Part shown: positions 10,858-23,889 of the stretch, one piece after another | How the letters are laid out: each line of letters begins with the position of its first letter | Position numbering within the stretch: the first letter of the stretch is position 1 | Origin: Nemertoderma westbladi | Lineage: Eukaryota; Animalia; Xenacoelomorpha | Reading direction: 5' to 3' | Assembly: GCA_032718475.1 (NCBI GenBank) | Contig: JAUCBJ010002972.1 | Span: 1-44,614 of the forward strand | DNA: 44,614 bases | Program-made: the position numbers and the translations under genes | The notes under the pieces: generated by a model | What the model was told of the DNA's origin: nothing | The model's input: the letters and a program-made list of their open reading frames with translations, nothing else | The model's database searches: none

Positions 10858-11631
10858 GTTTGTGTTTCCCTTTAGGGGAAACTTATTGTAACTTGTCTTT
10901 ATGTCTAATTATATTGATATCGCTACAGTATTCAATTTGTGACAACTCTCAATCGTGATGTAATTAATAATAAGGGCTTTGCTTAGAACGACTTATCACT
11001 GCTTATCACTGATACTTAATTGTAGTGACCCACCTTTTCTGGCGCGTTTAAAACTTCCTTGATTTCGTAATATCGGCATTATATTAAACAAACAAAGAGA
11101 GTAAATTGAGTTTAACGACAGAATATCAATTAATAATAATATTATAATGTCACCAAGACACAGACATTAACGGCAAAGGCATATAACATAAAGACATAAA
11201 GGCATGTAATAAACGCTGGTCATCAGTAATCTGACCAGCATCCTGCATTGGAGGTAACTCCTCTGCGATATTTTAATGTGCTGAGTGGCTAAAATGATCA
11301 ACCAGCAGAGATTATATATCAGGTTTACTCAAGGCAATAATATGGGCCAATAAGATGTCACGAATCTCAGTAAGGCATCCTATCAATTCGAATATGGGTA
11401 TAATGGTACTAGATGGCGTAAAAACCCTTACCAGAAAATAATTCATTAGGAATAATTAATAATACACAGTAACTGGTTTTTTATCAATAAAAAATGTAGT
11501 TTTGGACCAAAATTGTTAAAATAAGTAATTTAAAAGCAGAATTCATGAATGCAGCAACACCGCTTCCATTCATTTAGCTACCAGGGTGTTAAAATTAAGG
11601 CAAAAGTTCAAAATCGTACATAGAAGAAGGT

Positions 11632-13876
11632 CTAGTAAGTAAACAGTTCAATTAACAATATCAAACTAGAATTATATGGGACATATGTAACCAACATATA
11701 AAAAAAATCCGGTGTCCATAAGCTATCGAGGGATCCAATGGAGCCTCGGGCGATAACTACCGATTTGTAGCTTTGGACATTCTCTACGACGGATTTTCCT
11801 TTCAACGTGGTAGAGAGTTTATCTTCCCGGAATCGTACGTCGATGTTCCAGTAAATCAATCGATCACTAATGAAATTTACGAGATTCTGAGGGGGTGTGG
11901 GTTTATCCTCGATAGTTTGTATGTTAAAGGGTTTGCAAAAGGCATTCAGTTTGATTATGTGATCTACATGTTTCTGCAGGGGTTCGATTTGCATGACATC
12001 GAGGGGATTAAGTAAGGGTAGAAAATCCATACTGCAGGCGGGATCCTCGGGTTTCATCACATAATGTTGACCGAGTAGAACGAAATCCGGATGGTCCTGA
12101 ATTCCATAGAACAGTGGATGGAGAGGACGTCTTTCCAGATTTTTATCCCAGATTAGTGACTTGATTTGGTCAGTTCGACCAAGGGGAGTGATAATCCACT
12201 CATCTGTTTCGTCGAGAAGGGGCTCTACAATGTGGGTTTCCAGCATCGGAGCATCTGCGACTAGGTTGTGGTTAGAGATGTCAGTGTCAAAAGGTATCGT
12301 TCAGGTTTGACTGTAAGCGACACCGAAAAGCTTTACAGACCCGGACGGGTGAGCCTGCGCTTTACCTTGGAACCCTTCCATAAGAGTCTGGACCGCGGGT
12401 TGGACTAAAGAAGCTAGCTCATGCTCGTCGTTTAAACATTCATGCTCTGTCTGTTCCTCTTCTTCACGAAGACATTGGCTTTCTCTCAGAGCGTCCGCGA
12501 GGGAGATAGCCTTTCCTCGTTCGATTTCCTCTTGCAGGAGGCGGACTTCGGATTCGAATTCCGGTAGTCTCATCCAACGGAAGACATCAAGCTTGCCGGA
12601 GAGTTTAAAAGGGTAATCTATGCCGATAGAGTTTCGAAGGGAGTTTAGAAACTCGGTAACCACCAGGTAGTTGCAATTGACCTTGGAGGTGCCGGCGAAG
12701 GTGAGAAGGGAAGTCCACATGGATTTTTCATGCTGCAGCAGACTGCGCGACCGATGCCAACCATAAAGGGTTGAAGAGGGGTCGGTTCTTCCTCTTGGTA
12801 ATGGGGAGCTATCTGTTCCTCCATGATGAGGTCTCGGAAATACATGTACATGGCTTCGGAGAAGCGGGGTTCGGTTGGAGATAATGTCATGGGTTTCACC
12901 ATAGGCAACATTGGGCCGGGGGAAAACTCAGCGATGCTGATCATAGGTTTACGCACCCTCTGCAAGTTACGTAACCATTTCTCATCGACATTAAATCAAT
13001 TCTCCTCAAACCCACTGTACGTATACTTGACGAAGCTATGGTGAGGGCATCGTCGATGGGGGTGATTCGCAGGTGTAGTGGAGACCTGTTGGTTGGGATG
13101 TGGGCATTGACAGCACAAGTACCAGAGCCGGAAGTCAGTTTTGCTCGGGGGTGTAGACATTACACCTGACTTACTGTATTCCTCCATGTCGTAGAAGGCA
13201 TCAGGGAGGACAGGGAGCGGGCGACCCTCAGTAAGGTACATCATGGTGTGATAGAGTTGTTTGATCTCCTTAGCCAGGTTAGAATGATTTGGTTGGGGTA
13301 CAGAGTTTGTAAATCCTGTTAACTTGCGACCTTTATATACGTTTCGCGGAGAAAGGTAACATAGTCCTCGAAGCGGGAGAGATGAGAAGGATTCTCGGTG
13401 TCATCATCCGCGATGCCAACACTGATCTGATAGTCGTGTTGTGTTCGAGTCTCGTTTCTACGTTGCCGTTCAACGTATAGTTTGAACATCTTCTTGTCCC
13501 ATTTGACATGCTGGTCATCAACGTCCCGTAAGTCCATGGGGTGACCAGTGGTGAGGAAGCTGTTATAACTTCCGTCGCGCTCGGTATATTTGAGAATGAA
13601 CTCACAATATTGTTGTTCGATGCTGCGCTTTTCGGGGTTCATCAGCGGTTCGATGTAGTTCCCCGAAGGATCCATACGCAGTTCCATGCTTTGAGCGAGC
13701 TTGGTGGATTCGCCGGGGTAATCAGCCATCATTGTATCCATCATATCCATGTGTTGTTCCCAAGAACGTTGCTTGACGCAGGGGAGTGTCTTCGTATATC
13801 GAGACATGTGCGAGTTTGAGTAGAATAATGTGTATAGGGGGTGGCGAGTGTTACCTCCCCATAGGCGCCGAGACAC
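11632..13876 (-). pseudogene. Disrupted accessory gene of element B (originally about 740 codons, putative Zn-binding CxxC-CxxH protein)
   Basis: ORFs 13319-13876, 12996-13244 + 12645-12965 (same frame, one TGA between) and 12301-12720 + 11632-12246 (same frame, one TGA between) tile the region; peptide blocks match ORF 35142-35750. Confidence 0.72.
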
Positions 13877-14854
13877 ACCGCGACGCAGTCCCTGGTCAAT
13901 CCCTTATGGCGAGAATCGAGTTAGCAACTACCAGCGGTACCGAAATATTGTGGCTATATGCTAAACTCTCATCAAGCCAGGGAGACGGGGGACTGGCCCG
14001 GAGCCATCACTGATCTACTACGACTATAGCATCTATGAAGGGTTGGACAATTGCGTGTACCTTAAAATTTCACACTATTTGTCGGTATTTCACACTATTT
14101 AGCTTAATTTGGTGCTTATTTGTGCACTTTTGTTCAACATACGGTCAAAATACAGTTCAAAAATGCTTAACTTAAAACATTTACCAGAATGTCACCGTTT
14201 TGTGTATCCATGATAACAATATTACCTTTCCCATACAAGCTGTGCTAAGCGGTTGCATTCACAGTTATACGAGTTCTATCTATGTTTCCTTGGAAACACG
14301 TTGTTTTGTTGTTATTTAATTAATTATTCCGTGACATGTTGTTAAATTGAGATTAGAATGCTCACCTCTCACACTTATTTTACACTAGTAACTACTGTAA
14401 TTATTATTTTGGCATTTATGGTGATATTAAATTTCATTGTGGTTATTAATTTGTGTTTAATGATTTATGTTTAATATAAAATTTTGAAATTTTTTTTTGA
14501 AAATCGCATATTTCTATGCCCGTAACATTGCACAAATCCGCTTCCACGATTGAGTATTGTCGTTAGTAATTAGTAATTTATTTTGAATTATTTAAGTTTT
14601 AAGTCAAATAATTTACTGTTAAATTAAATTGTCGCATATGTAGCTATCATATACAACGCACAATTCACATAAGTAGGTTTTGTTGCTACAGTGCACTTGT
14701 AGTCTAATACTAATACTTATGCTTTACTAAATGGCTAATAAATAATTACACACTCAATCGTGACCTTTTATAAGACATTACTCCAGTTTGTATGTCAGAC
14801 TGCTTGGTCTAACCATCTGTTGCGCGTAGTTACCGGAACGTTCCCTTGCCAATT

Positions 14855-17800
14855 CTAGTAAACAAAGGCGTCCAATTGGTCGATTGAAATCGTCCAATTG
14901 GTCGGTTTGGGTCTAGCTCTCCAAATAGCCAGTTCAACTGAGCGTACCAAGTCATCGTTACCCATATGAACTTCTGTTATACGGCCCGTTTCCCAGTTCT
15001 TTCTAGGTTGGTCCTGATCCACTAAGAGTACTATATAGCCAACTGATACATCTTCCTTCTTGGAAAACCATAGTATCTTTCGAAATGTGTAGTGAATCGC
15101 CGAGATATTAGTTGTATCATTTGCCAAGTACGTCTCAACAGCTCATCACCATCCTGTGGATCAGATTTAGGCAGCATAGTTGCTGGTTTTCTTAGTAGGA
15201 AATGGGACAGTGTGAGGGGTTCCATAGCTTGTGGATTCGATGAAATAGGTAAGTGGGGTGTATCATTCAAGTAGCTTGATATCTCCTCCAAAAGAGTTCT
15301 AAGTAGTTCGTCAGTTAAATAAGCCTTACATGGGATAATGTGATGGAACGCGACCTTTGTACTTTTAATCAACCGTTCCCAACTTCCGCCCCACCCAGGC
15401 GCGTTGGTGGCATTGAAAGTCCATGTGGATGCCGACACTTTAAGGTGTTCTTCGAGCTGGTGGTCGTTCCAATCGGCAATGAATTTGGTGATTTCTTTAT
15501 TGGTGCCTACAAAATTCGTCCCCTGATCGGACCTCATAGTCCGGCTAGTTCCAAATCTACTGATCTGTCTCCAGAGACAAAGGATAAAACTTTTCATCAA
15601 CATGTCATTAACCATATCCAGGTAGACGGCTCGAAAAGTCATGCAAACGAAGATGACGCACCATCGTCTCACTATCGAGCGGGCACGCTTAACTTCAAAG
15701 GGCCCGAAGTGATCCACGCCAGTGTGGGTGAATTGGGGCTGATAACAATCAACTCTTTCTCTCGGAAGCGCCGCTTCCAGTTGCGTCATCGGCTTACTAT
15801 AAATCCTTTTGCAAGGTATACAGTTTCGTAGTATTTGGTTGAGAGCCGCACAGGGGTGTACAAGATAATAACGCGTTCTGATCTCGCTAAATATGTGTTC
15901 TCTCCCGGCGTGATAGAGTTGGTAATGAACGTCCTGTATCAACTTGGTAATGAACATCCTGTATCAACTTGTTCTGAATCTCGGGGTCGAATATTAATAT
16001 GGGGAACATAGTATCTCTGGAGATCGGAGCGTTAGTGAGGCAGCCTCCAACTCGAATTAACCCATTTATCATAGTACTTGAGAATTTGTCTGCCAATAGA
16101 GTTAAGGGATCGACGCTGAGCTGATTGTATTTCTCAGGTTTCTCAAGTCTTTGTGAAATTCTCAATAATTGTAAGTTGGATTTATCCACTTCATTAGGTG
16201 TTAAGCCTATCACAGGTTCGCTATTAATACTGTACCTGTAGTGGAAAAGTTGTTTTAGTATAGTTATAGCCCTACATATCTTATCCCACAAGCTATAATG
16301 GTTCATGGCTCGGGCTATCAGTGGGGATAGACCAATATCCACGTTGGGTAAGTCTGACTGACCTGTGGATATTTTGGGGTTGTCTGTGATAGCTTCAGCC
16401 CTGGATTTAATACTTAGGGAAGGGTCTGAATTTTGACTGTCTATTTTGTTTATATGATTGTTGGTTGCTATGTCGATGGGCTTGAATAGCTTAGACTTAG
16501 ATGGCCTGGTTTTCGGTTTAATGATTTTCAGACCCTTACTTAACCTGTCTCATTTCCTCGGGAGTAATATGAGCAGGCCATTGGTCCTCTGGTTGGGAAA
16601 GGAAATCGGGTCCATTCAACCAACACTTAGAATTTAGCAGGTCGTTAGGGGTTGCACCACGGGAAGGTATGTCCGCAGGGTTTTGAGGTCCGGGGATGTA
16701 CCTCCATTGTTCTAATTTAGTGCGGTTGAGTATTATAGATACTCGGTTTGTGATGTACACACTAAAACCGCAAACGGTATTAGTTAAGTATTCCAGCACT
16801 ATGGCTGCGTCCGTCCATAAAACTGTCCTTGAAATTACAAAGTCGGTCTTGTCCATTATATTTTTGGCAACAATCGTCGCGAACAATGAGGCCTTCAGTT
16901 CGGCTCTCTGGACAGTCAAGTCCTTACTTTTAATCAAAGATTTGGATGCAACGAGGGACACCCGAGTGTTTTGGGGCGTTGTAGCCCTATAGTAAGCTAT
17001 AATGCCAATGCCCTTGTCACTTGCGTCGCCAAATACATGTAATTGGTACGTGTGTGATGGTAGAGCGTGGGGAAAGTAAGCTCTGAGCACCCGAAAGTTT
17101 TCAATATCAGGTAAGGCATTTTCCCACCTGGACCAGTTCATCAATAACTCTCCTGCCAGGGGTTCATCCCAAGTAAGATTCTGGTCCCACATGGTTTTTA
17201 CTATCTGCCTAGCTTCTAGAATTACAGGACTTATAAAGCCTATAGGGTCGAACAGTGTACTTGATATGTATACGAAATACAAATATGCTTAATACGTAGA
17301 CCTGGAGGTCTAACCTGGACCTTGAAGAACATTTTGTTCAGTTGCGTATCCCATCTGAGGGTTTTTGTTGCCAGTAAGTCGTCTTTGCTGAGATCTAAGT
17401 CGTGGCTGCCCATTTCCGTCTCGGGAACGGTAGACAGGAATTCCCGGGAGTTGCTGGTAAACTTGGTTAAGCGGAAGCCACCTTTCTTCAAGCAATCGAC
17501 TGTTCCCTTCGTAATGGTCACGGCTTCTTGTACGGTAGGGACAGAATGTAAGTTGTCGTCCATATAAATATTTCATTTAATATTGTTAATGACTGCAGAC
17601 TCATATAGGTGTTTATTGTCGTCTGCCATGCGGGAAACAATATGGCAGGCGTTTGAAGGGCTGGATATTAGCCCGAAGACTTGTATGGTCATCCAGTACT
17701 CTTCGGGTGGCTTGCTAACATCTCCTTCAGGCCACCAGAGGAAACGCAGACTATCCTGATCATCCTGAGTGACTTTAACCTGCAGGAACATACCTTCGAT

Positions 17801-20420
17801 ATCTGAGGCAAAGGCCACATCGAATTGCCGTAATCGAATAAATATCCCTGGAAGTGAACGCAATAAGTTAGGGCCGGCCATTAGTCGAGAGTTCAACGAT
17901 TGACTTTTATACAAGATTGATCCGTCGAAAACCACTCGGACTTTGTCTGGTTTATCAGGCCGTATTAGGTAATGGTGAATTATGTAATAAGTTTGATCAG
18001 TGTGGGGAGTATCAGGTGGCACCTCTGTAGCGTATCCTTCACTAATAGTCTTGGTCATTTGTTCATTGTACATCCTATATGCGTTAGGATCACCAGTTAA
18101 ATGTCTCTTGAGTTTACTAAGACATTTCTCAGCCAGGACGCGGTTATTCATCAACTTCACCAATTTGGAGCGCCGCAGTAATCCTGTTTCGTATCTACCT
18201 TCGTCGGGGATATAGCGAGTGTTGGTAGTTTGGATTTGTATAACTTGCTCTTCCTCAATAGATAGGGCACGATCATGGGAATTTTCTTCCATCTTTTGTT
18301 GGTCTACCCAGTTGGTTATTTTCTCAGTCAAAGTGGCATCAGCAATAGATTTGCGTAATAAAATATCCCTGTCTTCTTTGGTGTCTGAATAACAATCTGT
18401 TAATGGGTCACTCCTGTTAGCAAACGATGGGTGTATTCTCCATATTCTAACATGGTGGTTGCGTCATCCGTGTTGAAATGAGAGGTTGGTAGGTCATTAT
18501 CGCTGGAGTCATTCGACCTGTAGTCGTAAATTTTTGAAATTTTTTGAGCCAAAATCGGATCCTCCCTCCGCGTATTCCTCCACTTCCATAATCCTGTTAG
18601 GTCTGTGTGAATGGATGTAATTGATGGACAGATTTTCGAAATGAATGTTATTCATCGAAATATTGTCGCTTACTTTTCTTTCGTTTAAGGTCTTTATGGA
18701 TGGACCGGTGCAGCACCATCCTATTCTGGTTCTACCAGCGTAAGTTGTCAATGGTGGAGGAGAACCAGGGAATTTCTCTAGAATTTCCATGGCTTCCGGC
18801 GTGTTCTGGCCGATAAGCAGTTGAACTCCTTGTCGATCGAGTGGGTATCTCGGTATGTTATTGTGTTTTACAAAGTCATCACTATCCCAATCATACATAG
18901 GGGCTTGACTTTCCGCAAAGTTCTTTATAGCGACCATCTTGATATTATCCAGCTTGCATACCTCATTGGTATCTCCTGGGTCGGACAGTGAGACCTTGTA
19001 ATAACGTGTTTGTATGACCGATTGCCACATTTGCATCACGCCAGAATGGTTTGGATTCATAGGATGTCCGTCATTCTCATCAAATAGTTCGTCTGCAAGA
19101 TTTTGGTCAATAGAAGATCCCAAACTTCCGGTATCCAGTAAGGCGTTTACTATGATGCTGCAGTTATTGTAATGCAGTCGGACTTGTAAGATGGGGAATT
19201 CTCGAACACCAAGTGATTTTGGGTTTGAAGTTCGCTGAGATATTTGGTCATCTGATGTCTGTTCGGGAGTAGTCGGTGACTCATACGTGATGGCTTCATA
19301 TACCATTACGTTGTTGCAACTCTCCTTGTCAGTGGAAAATTCATCTGCATCAAATTCTTGTTCAGAACAAACCGATGTGTCATAGGATGAATGATCAGTG
19401 AACTGAACTTTTGCTTCCATCTGTGGGACCATGTCTTTCTGATGCAATAGATAGTGATGGTTACCATTACATTTAACTCATTTATAAGTGTCCTTTAAAT
19501 AGCATTTGCTTCTACTGTGTCCGGGACATAAGCACAGGAAACATACTCTTAGCGTGTTAACTGTCACTCTTCATTTCTCGAGTGAAAATTTGATGAATTC
19601 CGGACACTGCGATAATCTATGGGACTCTTTATTACATAGCAAACAGCCAGCGTAGGATACTGATTTGATAATCGGTTTGAGAGTTTTCACTTCAGAATGT
19701 TGGGTCTGTTGAGTTTATACAGTTCGGACCGGGGTACGGTCACGTACTTCCCTCAGATTCTTATTCACATGTGGATAAATCTGTTTGATAGACTCGTTCA
19801 CGATGTTTGGTTGGGGGATTTTTGTCGAGTTTTGGGTCTACATTGCGCTCACGATGTTGAGTAATCATAAGTAATGAGGATTCATAATCGAGATATTCCA
19901 AGAAGTCCTTCATACCTAGTTTTGCATTCAGTACGTTACGGTCCCATCGTGTGGATACACTACCTGTGGGCAGGGCTGCAGAAATCATTCCAACAACGAC
20001 CGGAGTGTCATAATATTCATGTTGGTCCAACCAATCTAGTTGTCTACAGATTTCTTTAATCTTGTCCACAAATTCAATCATCTCCGTAGTTATCACACGT
20101 TTACGATTGACCAACTTTCGATACAGATATTGGGCTATTGAAGCTTCATCTCCGTACCTGACGTGTAATAGTTTCCATAGTTCTTCCAATCCCTGTGGGT
20201 ATCCGATATATCTTTGCGCTAATTTTTTCGAATAACTTTCCAAACAATCTATTAGGAAGCGTAGTTTCTCACTATTGGGCAATGGTGAACTAAATATACT
20301 ATCTTTTACATATTCTTTAAATGGAAGCCATTTTAACTCATTCCCATCAAATTTAATAATTTCACCTACTTTAACTGCCTGACGCGCTTCAGTACGCGCT
20401 AATTGGCGGGTGTAAAAGCC
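14855..20420 (-). pseudogene. Fragmented BEL/Pao gag-pol of element B
   Basis: Gag SEKLRFL; protease ALLDTGS; RT KVRVVFD / SDIEGMFLQ / YMDD; RNase H VFGDAS, NPAD; integrase GVDHFGP, SDQGTNF, GSWERL. Many stops and frameshifts, including a 25-bp duplication at 15921-15970. Confidence 0.93.
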
Positions 20421-21716
20421 TTTGCTGAATTGCCCCGTTATTTTTATTATCTTTTACATTGAAATACTCTGTAGTTGGTTTAATAGGTGTAAGAGACCGT
20501 ATTATTGCTATATCGGTGTTTTTTAGAGGATCTAAGAGCTATTTCCTCCGTATGTGTACTGTGAAAGGCATAGTTGATGATTCTATGGCAATTCCGTGAC
20601 GCAAAAGGTGATAGCTACTCTTGAACAGTAGTTACTATGACGACGGTTAACAGCTGATATTCATACGTGTTGATTTTCTTTGTTCTACGGCGTCTCTCAG
20701 TTCAGTCAGCCAATCAGAGCATTTTTATGGCTCTTGTACAGAAATTTCCTAGAAATCACTCAATGCTTTATGTGCAGTGTTTACATTCAGTCCTGAGCCA
20801 GGAGAGAGCGGCTTGGAAATATTTTGTGCTTTTCTGTTTTAGCCTAACACTAGTAGGCTTAATTATAAGGACATATATCCGTTATCTGCTAAACATAACT
20901 CAACTTAACAAACCATAACTGACTGATGATCTGCATGTACCACATACCTGTGCATACGTTTATATTGTTATACTGCTATTTACTGTCGGTTCTTCATAAT
21001 ATGGTTGATGAATTATTATATTTGGAATAACGATAAATAACCCCGAAAACCCAATATTCTTGATATACCGAAGGTAAGAGAGAAAGGTTACATATAACGA
21101 TTGTGACTTATGTTAAAGTGGTTTGAAGTGAATCTAATGTTATTTGATAGACCCTACATGAGTCGGTCCGTGTTACTTTTATATGTGGCTAAAATCAGTG
21201 AAGATCGGCAGATCAGTGTGCAGTATTGTGCAGCATTGTGTATGAGTGAGTCTGATAACGAAGCATTTCCTAAAGAATGCGCCATATATGTGAATTATAA
21301 CTAAGCCATATCGTTGTGAGTAGTTTAAGTCATAACTCTGTTTATATAGATAGAGCGCCACGTCCTAAAGGAACTGTTAATATTCCCCGAAGGTGAATAA
21401 TATTGTCAGAGATTATATAATACTGTCAGTCGAATAATACATTAAGCTTACATAGCAATAAGATTAAGCCGTCGAACCCAATCTCCCGGGTATATCCAGC
21501 GGGTGAATGATCGCGCACAGATTGGTTTCGACTAGTGTAGTGAATTAAATACTTGTCATAGGCTAAAAGTGATTTATTATCTAGAAGACATCCTAATTTG
21601 GCGGGTTAAACTGCCAAAGGTCTGAAAGCGCGAACAATAACGGATATTGCTTCTTTATTGCAGTAAGCAATAAAGTTGAAAGTACCGGTCAACTGGTAAA
21701 CCGGAACGGTACATCT

Positions 21717-21830
21717 GTAGGTCAGTAGGCCCAACTGCCAGAACCGGTACTGCCGTAGGTCCGTAGGTCCAACTGCCAGAACCGGTACTTATGTAGGTCC
21801 GTAGGCCCAACTGTCCTAACCGGTACTTCC
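21717..21830. repeat. 38-bp tandem repeat, 3 copies
   Basis: GTAGGTCCGTAGGYCCAACTGCCAGAACCGGTACT starting at 21717, 21755 and 21793. Confidence 0.85.
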
Positions 21831-22001
21831 CGTATAAGTACATTAGTATTATTCGATTTGATTATTGTATACCGGTAGGCTGTTTAAGAGATTAGGGACT
21901 GTACACCCCTTGTTTCTTTTAGAGCTTACTTATTTCTGTCAGTTTTATTTGTTTGTAGGCTAGTATTGAACAGAAGGCGTGTAAGCCTGATCAGATTGTA
22001 C

Positions 22002-22576
22002 AGACAATTTGTAGGTTGAACTGTTGTCTGATTGCTGTTAAGTCTGAACGGATTGCAGTGTATGTAGATCACCTGTCCGATAAAGCACGGTTAGGAAGTA
22101 GGGGCAGCCAATGCTGTAAGGTAAACCCCCAACTAAAGAATAAGTCGTACTACTGGGTTAGAACGCATACTACCTAATCATTTCGGAGTCTGCATGTCCT
22201 GTAGTTTATTTAGGCTTGAGAGTAGTCTGCCATTGTTGAGTCTGTACTTTGTTTGTGTAAGTCTGTACGGGTAGCGTATAATATTTATTTAGATAATTTG
22301 TAGGCTGGATAGTTGTCTGGCTGTTATTAGGTCTGAACGGATTGCAGTGTGTGTAGGGCCTCTGTCCGATAAAGAACGGTTAGGAAGTAGGGGCAGCCAA
22401 TGCTGTAAGGTAAACCCCCAACTAAAGAATAAGTCGTACTACTGGGTTAGAACGCATACTACCTAATCATTTCGGAGTCTGCATATCCTGTAGTTTATTT
22501 AGGCTTGATAGTAGTCTGTCAGTGTTTGGTCTGCATTTTGTTTGAGTGGTTTGTACGCGTAGCGTAATATTTATTA
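22002..22576. repeat. 289-bp tandem duplication with a near-identical core
   Basis: Copies start at 22002 and 22291; core ~22073-22219 versus ~22362-22508 differs at 2 positions by eye, while the flanks are clearly more diverged. Confidence 0.9.
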
Positions 22577-23513
22577 TTCAGAGTTTATGCGATTATTCGC
22601 AACATTCATTCCCCAAGTTTGTTCCTACAATAATTGTGTTTGTTATACATACCGCTATAGTTAAATTAACCCCGGTACTACACGGGCTGCTTGGCGTAGG
22701 TAAAGACTGGTGATTTTGTGCACCGGTCACTCCAGCAGATGCCGTGGTTCTTTTAGCTGTTCAAGTATATTTAACTACTGATTATATGTTGTACAAGTAC
22801 TCGTACCTAATTTAGGGTTTAGTGTACAGTGCTTTCCGAAAGTAATTAGTGTAGGCATTATATTTGTGTTGTAAAGTGGTTGATAGGCACGTTCGATTAG
22901 CTCTATTAACTTCTAGGTAGGAACACTCCGTGATACATAACGTAGTACCTATAGCGATACGGCTATAGGTCGTCAGGCGGTGGTATTTTCCTATCTGGAC
23001 AACGCAGTGTATTTTACTACTACGTATTATTTTCAAATACCGCAGTACCCTGTCCGTTGTAATAACCAGATTTCTAACCCTTTGTTAGGCTGGTTTGTAG
23101 ACTTCTTGTAAAATTACCCTAAAAATTTCGTATTTTGTGTTTTTGTAAATTTTTGTGTTTATTTAGAGATTGTAATCTCACCCGAATTGTACGTAATTTG
23201 TAGTATTAAGTAACTTAGGTAAATTAGCATTATTTGTTTTAGTGTCCTATAAGTAACACTTCACTAAAAGCGCACCGCTTTGTGTAGTGATTACTTCCCA
23301 GAAATAATAACATTTATTTCAAACATTGAAAAACCCATTAAAACGGGTATATATATATATTATAAATCAAATCTAACGATTTATAAATAGTAGGCCTACC
23401 ATACAACCATTAGGTCTCAATATCAGTTGGACTACTGCTCAAATAACGGTAATAAAGTAAGTAAAGTAACCAAGTAACCCTAAAATACAGAAATTCAATT
23501 ATTTAAAATAATT

Positions 23514-23800
23514 GATATACCGGTATTTACGATAGGCCTATTATCTTTATTTCTATAAATTTAGGCTGAAATTATACCGGTACTTGTAATTAATTCTAGT
23601 CCAGAATTATATATGCTACACACTGTAAGCTGTATACCGGTATTCCCGATAGGCCTATTATATATTTATATATATTTGTGCTAAAATTATACCGGTATTC
23701 TGTGATAAACCTAGTCTGTAATAATAGTTATATATACTATAAGCATACCGGTATTCTAATATATTATATATATCACGCTACACTGAGTAGCAGTACCGGT
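23514..23800. repeat. Degenerate ~57/117-bp repeat with recurring TACCGGTA palindromes
   Basis: TACCGGTA near 23518, 23575, 23635, 23690, 23746 and 23794; GATAGGCCTATTAT occurs twice about 117 bp apart. Confidence 0.75.
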
Positions 23801-23889
23801 AATTAATTACTAGGCTAGCAGTTAATACTGAGTTACTAGACTTGCTCAGACTGTAATGCAGCAGTAGACATTCAACTGTACACATAAAC

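Larger units (their letters stand above)
11632..20900 (-). mobile_element. Decayed BEL/Pao element B with downstream accessory gene; LTRs not identified, boundaries approximate
   Basis: Collinear gag, protease, RT, RNase H and integrase fragments on the minus strand, followed by accessory ORF fragments. Confidence 0.85.

Noticed and set aside
11632-13876. Accessory ORFs as a classical env gene
   Set aside because: No signal peptide or convincing transmembrane anchor; the conserved Cys/His spacing suggests metal binding instead.
10863-21640. LTR pair for element B (~10.9-11.6 kb versus ~20.9-21.6 kb)
   Set aside because: Only short, weak matches by eye; a computed alignment is needed.
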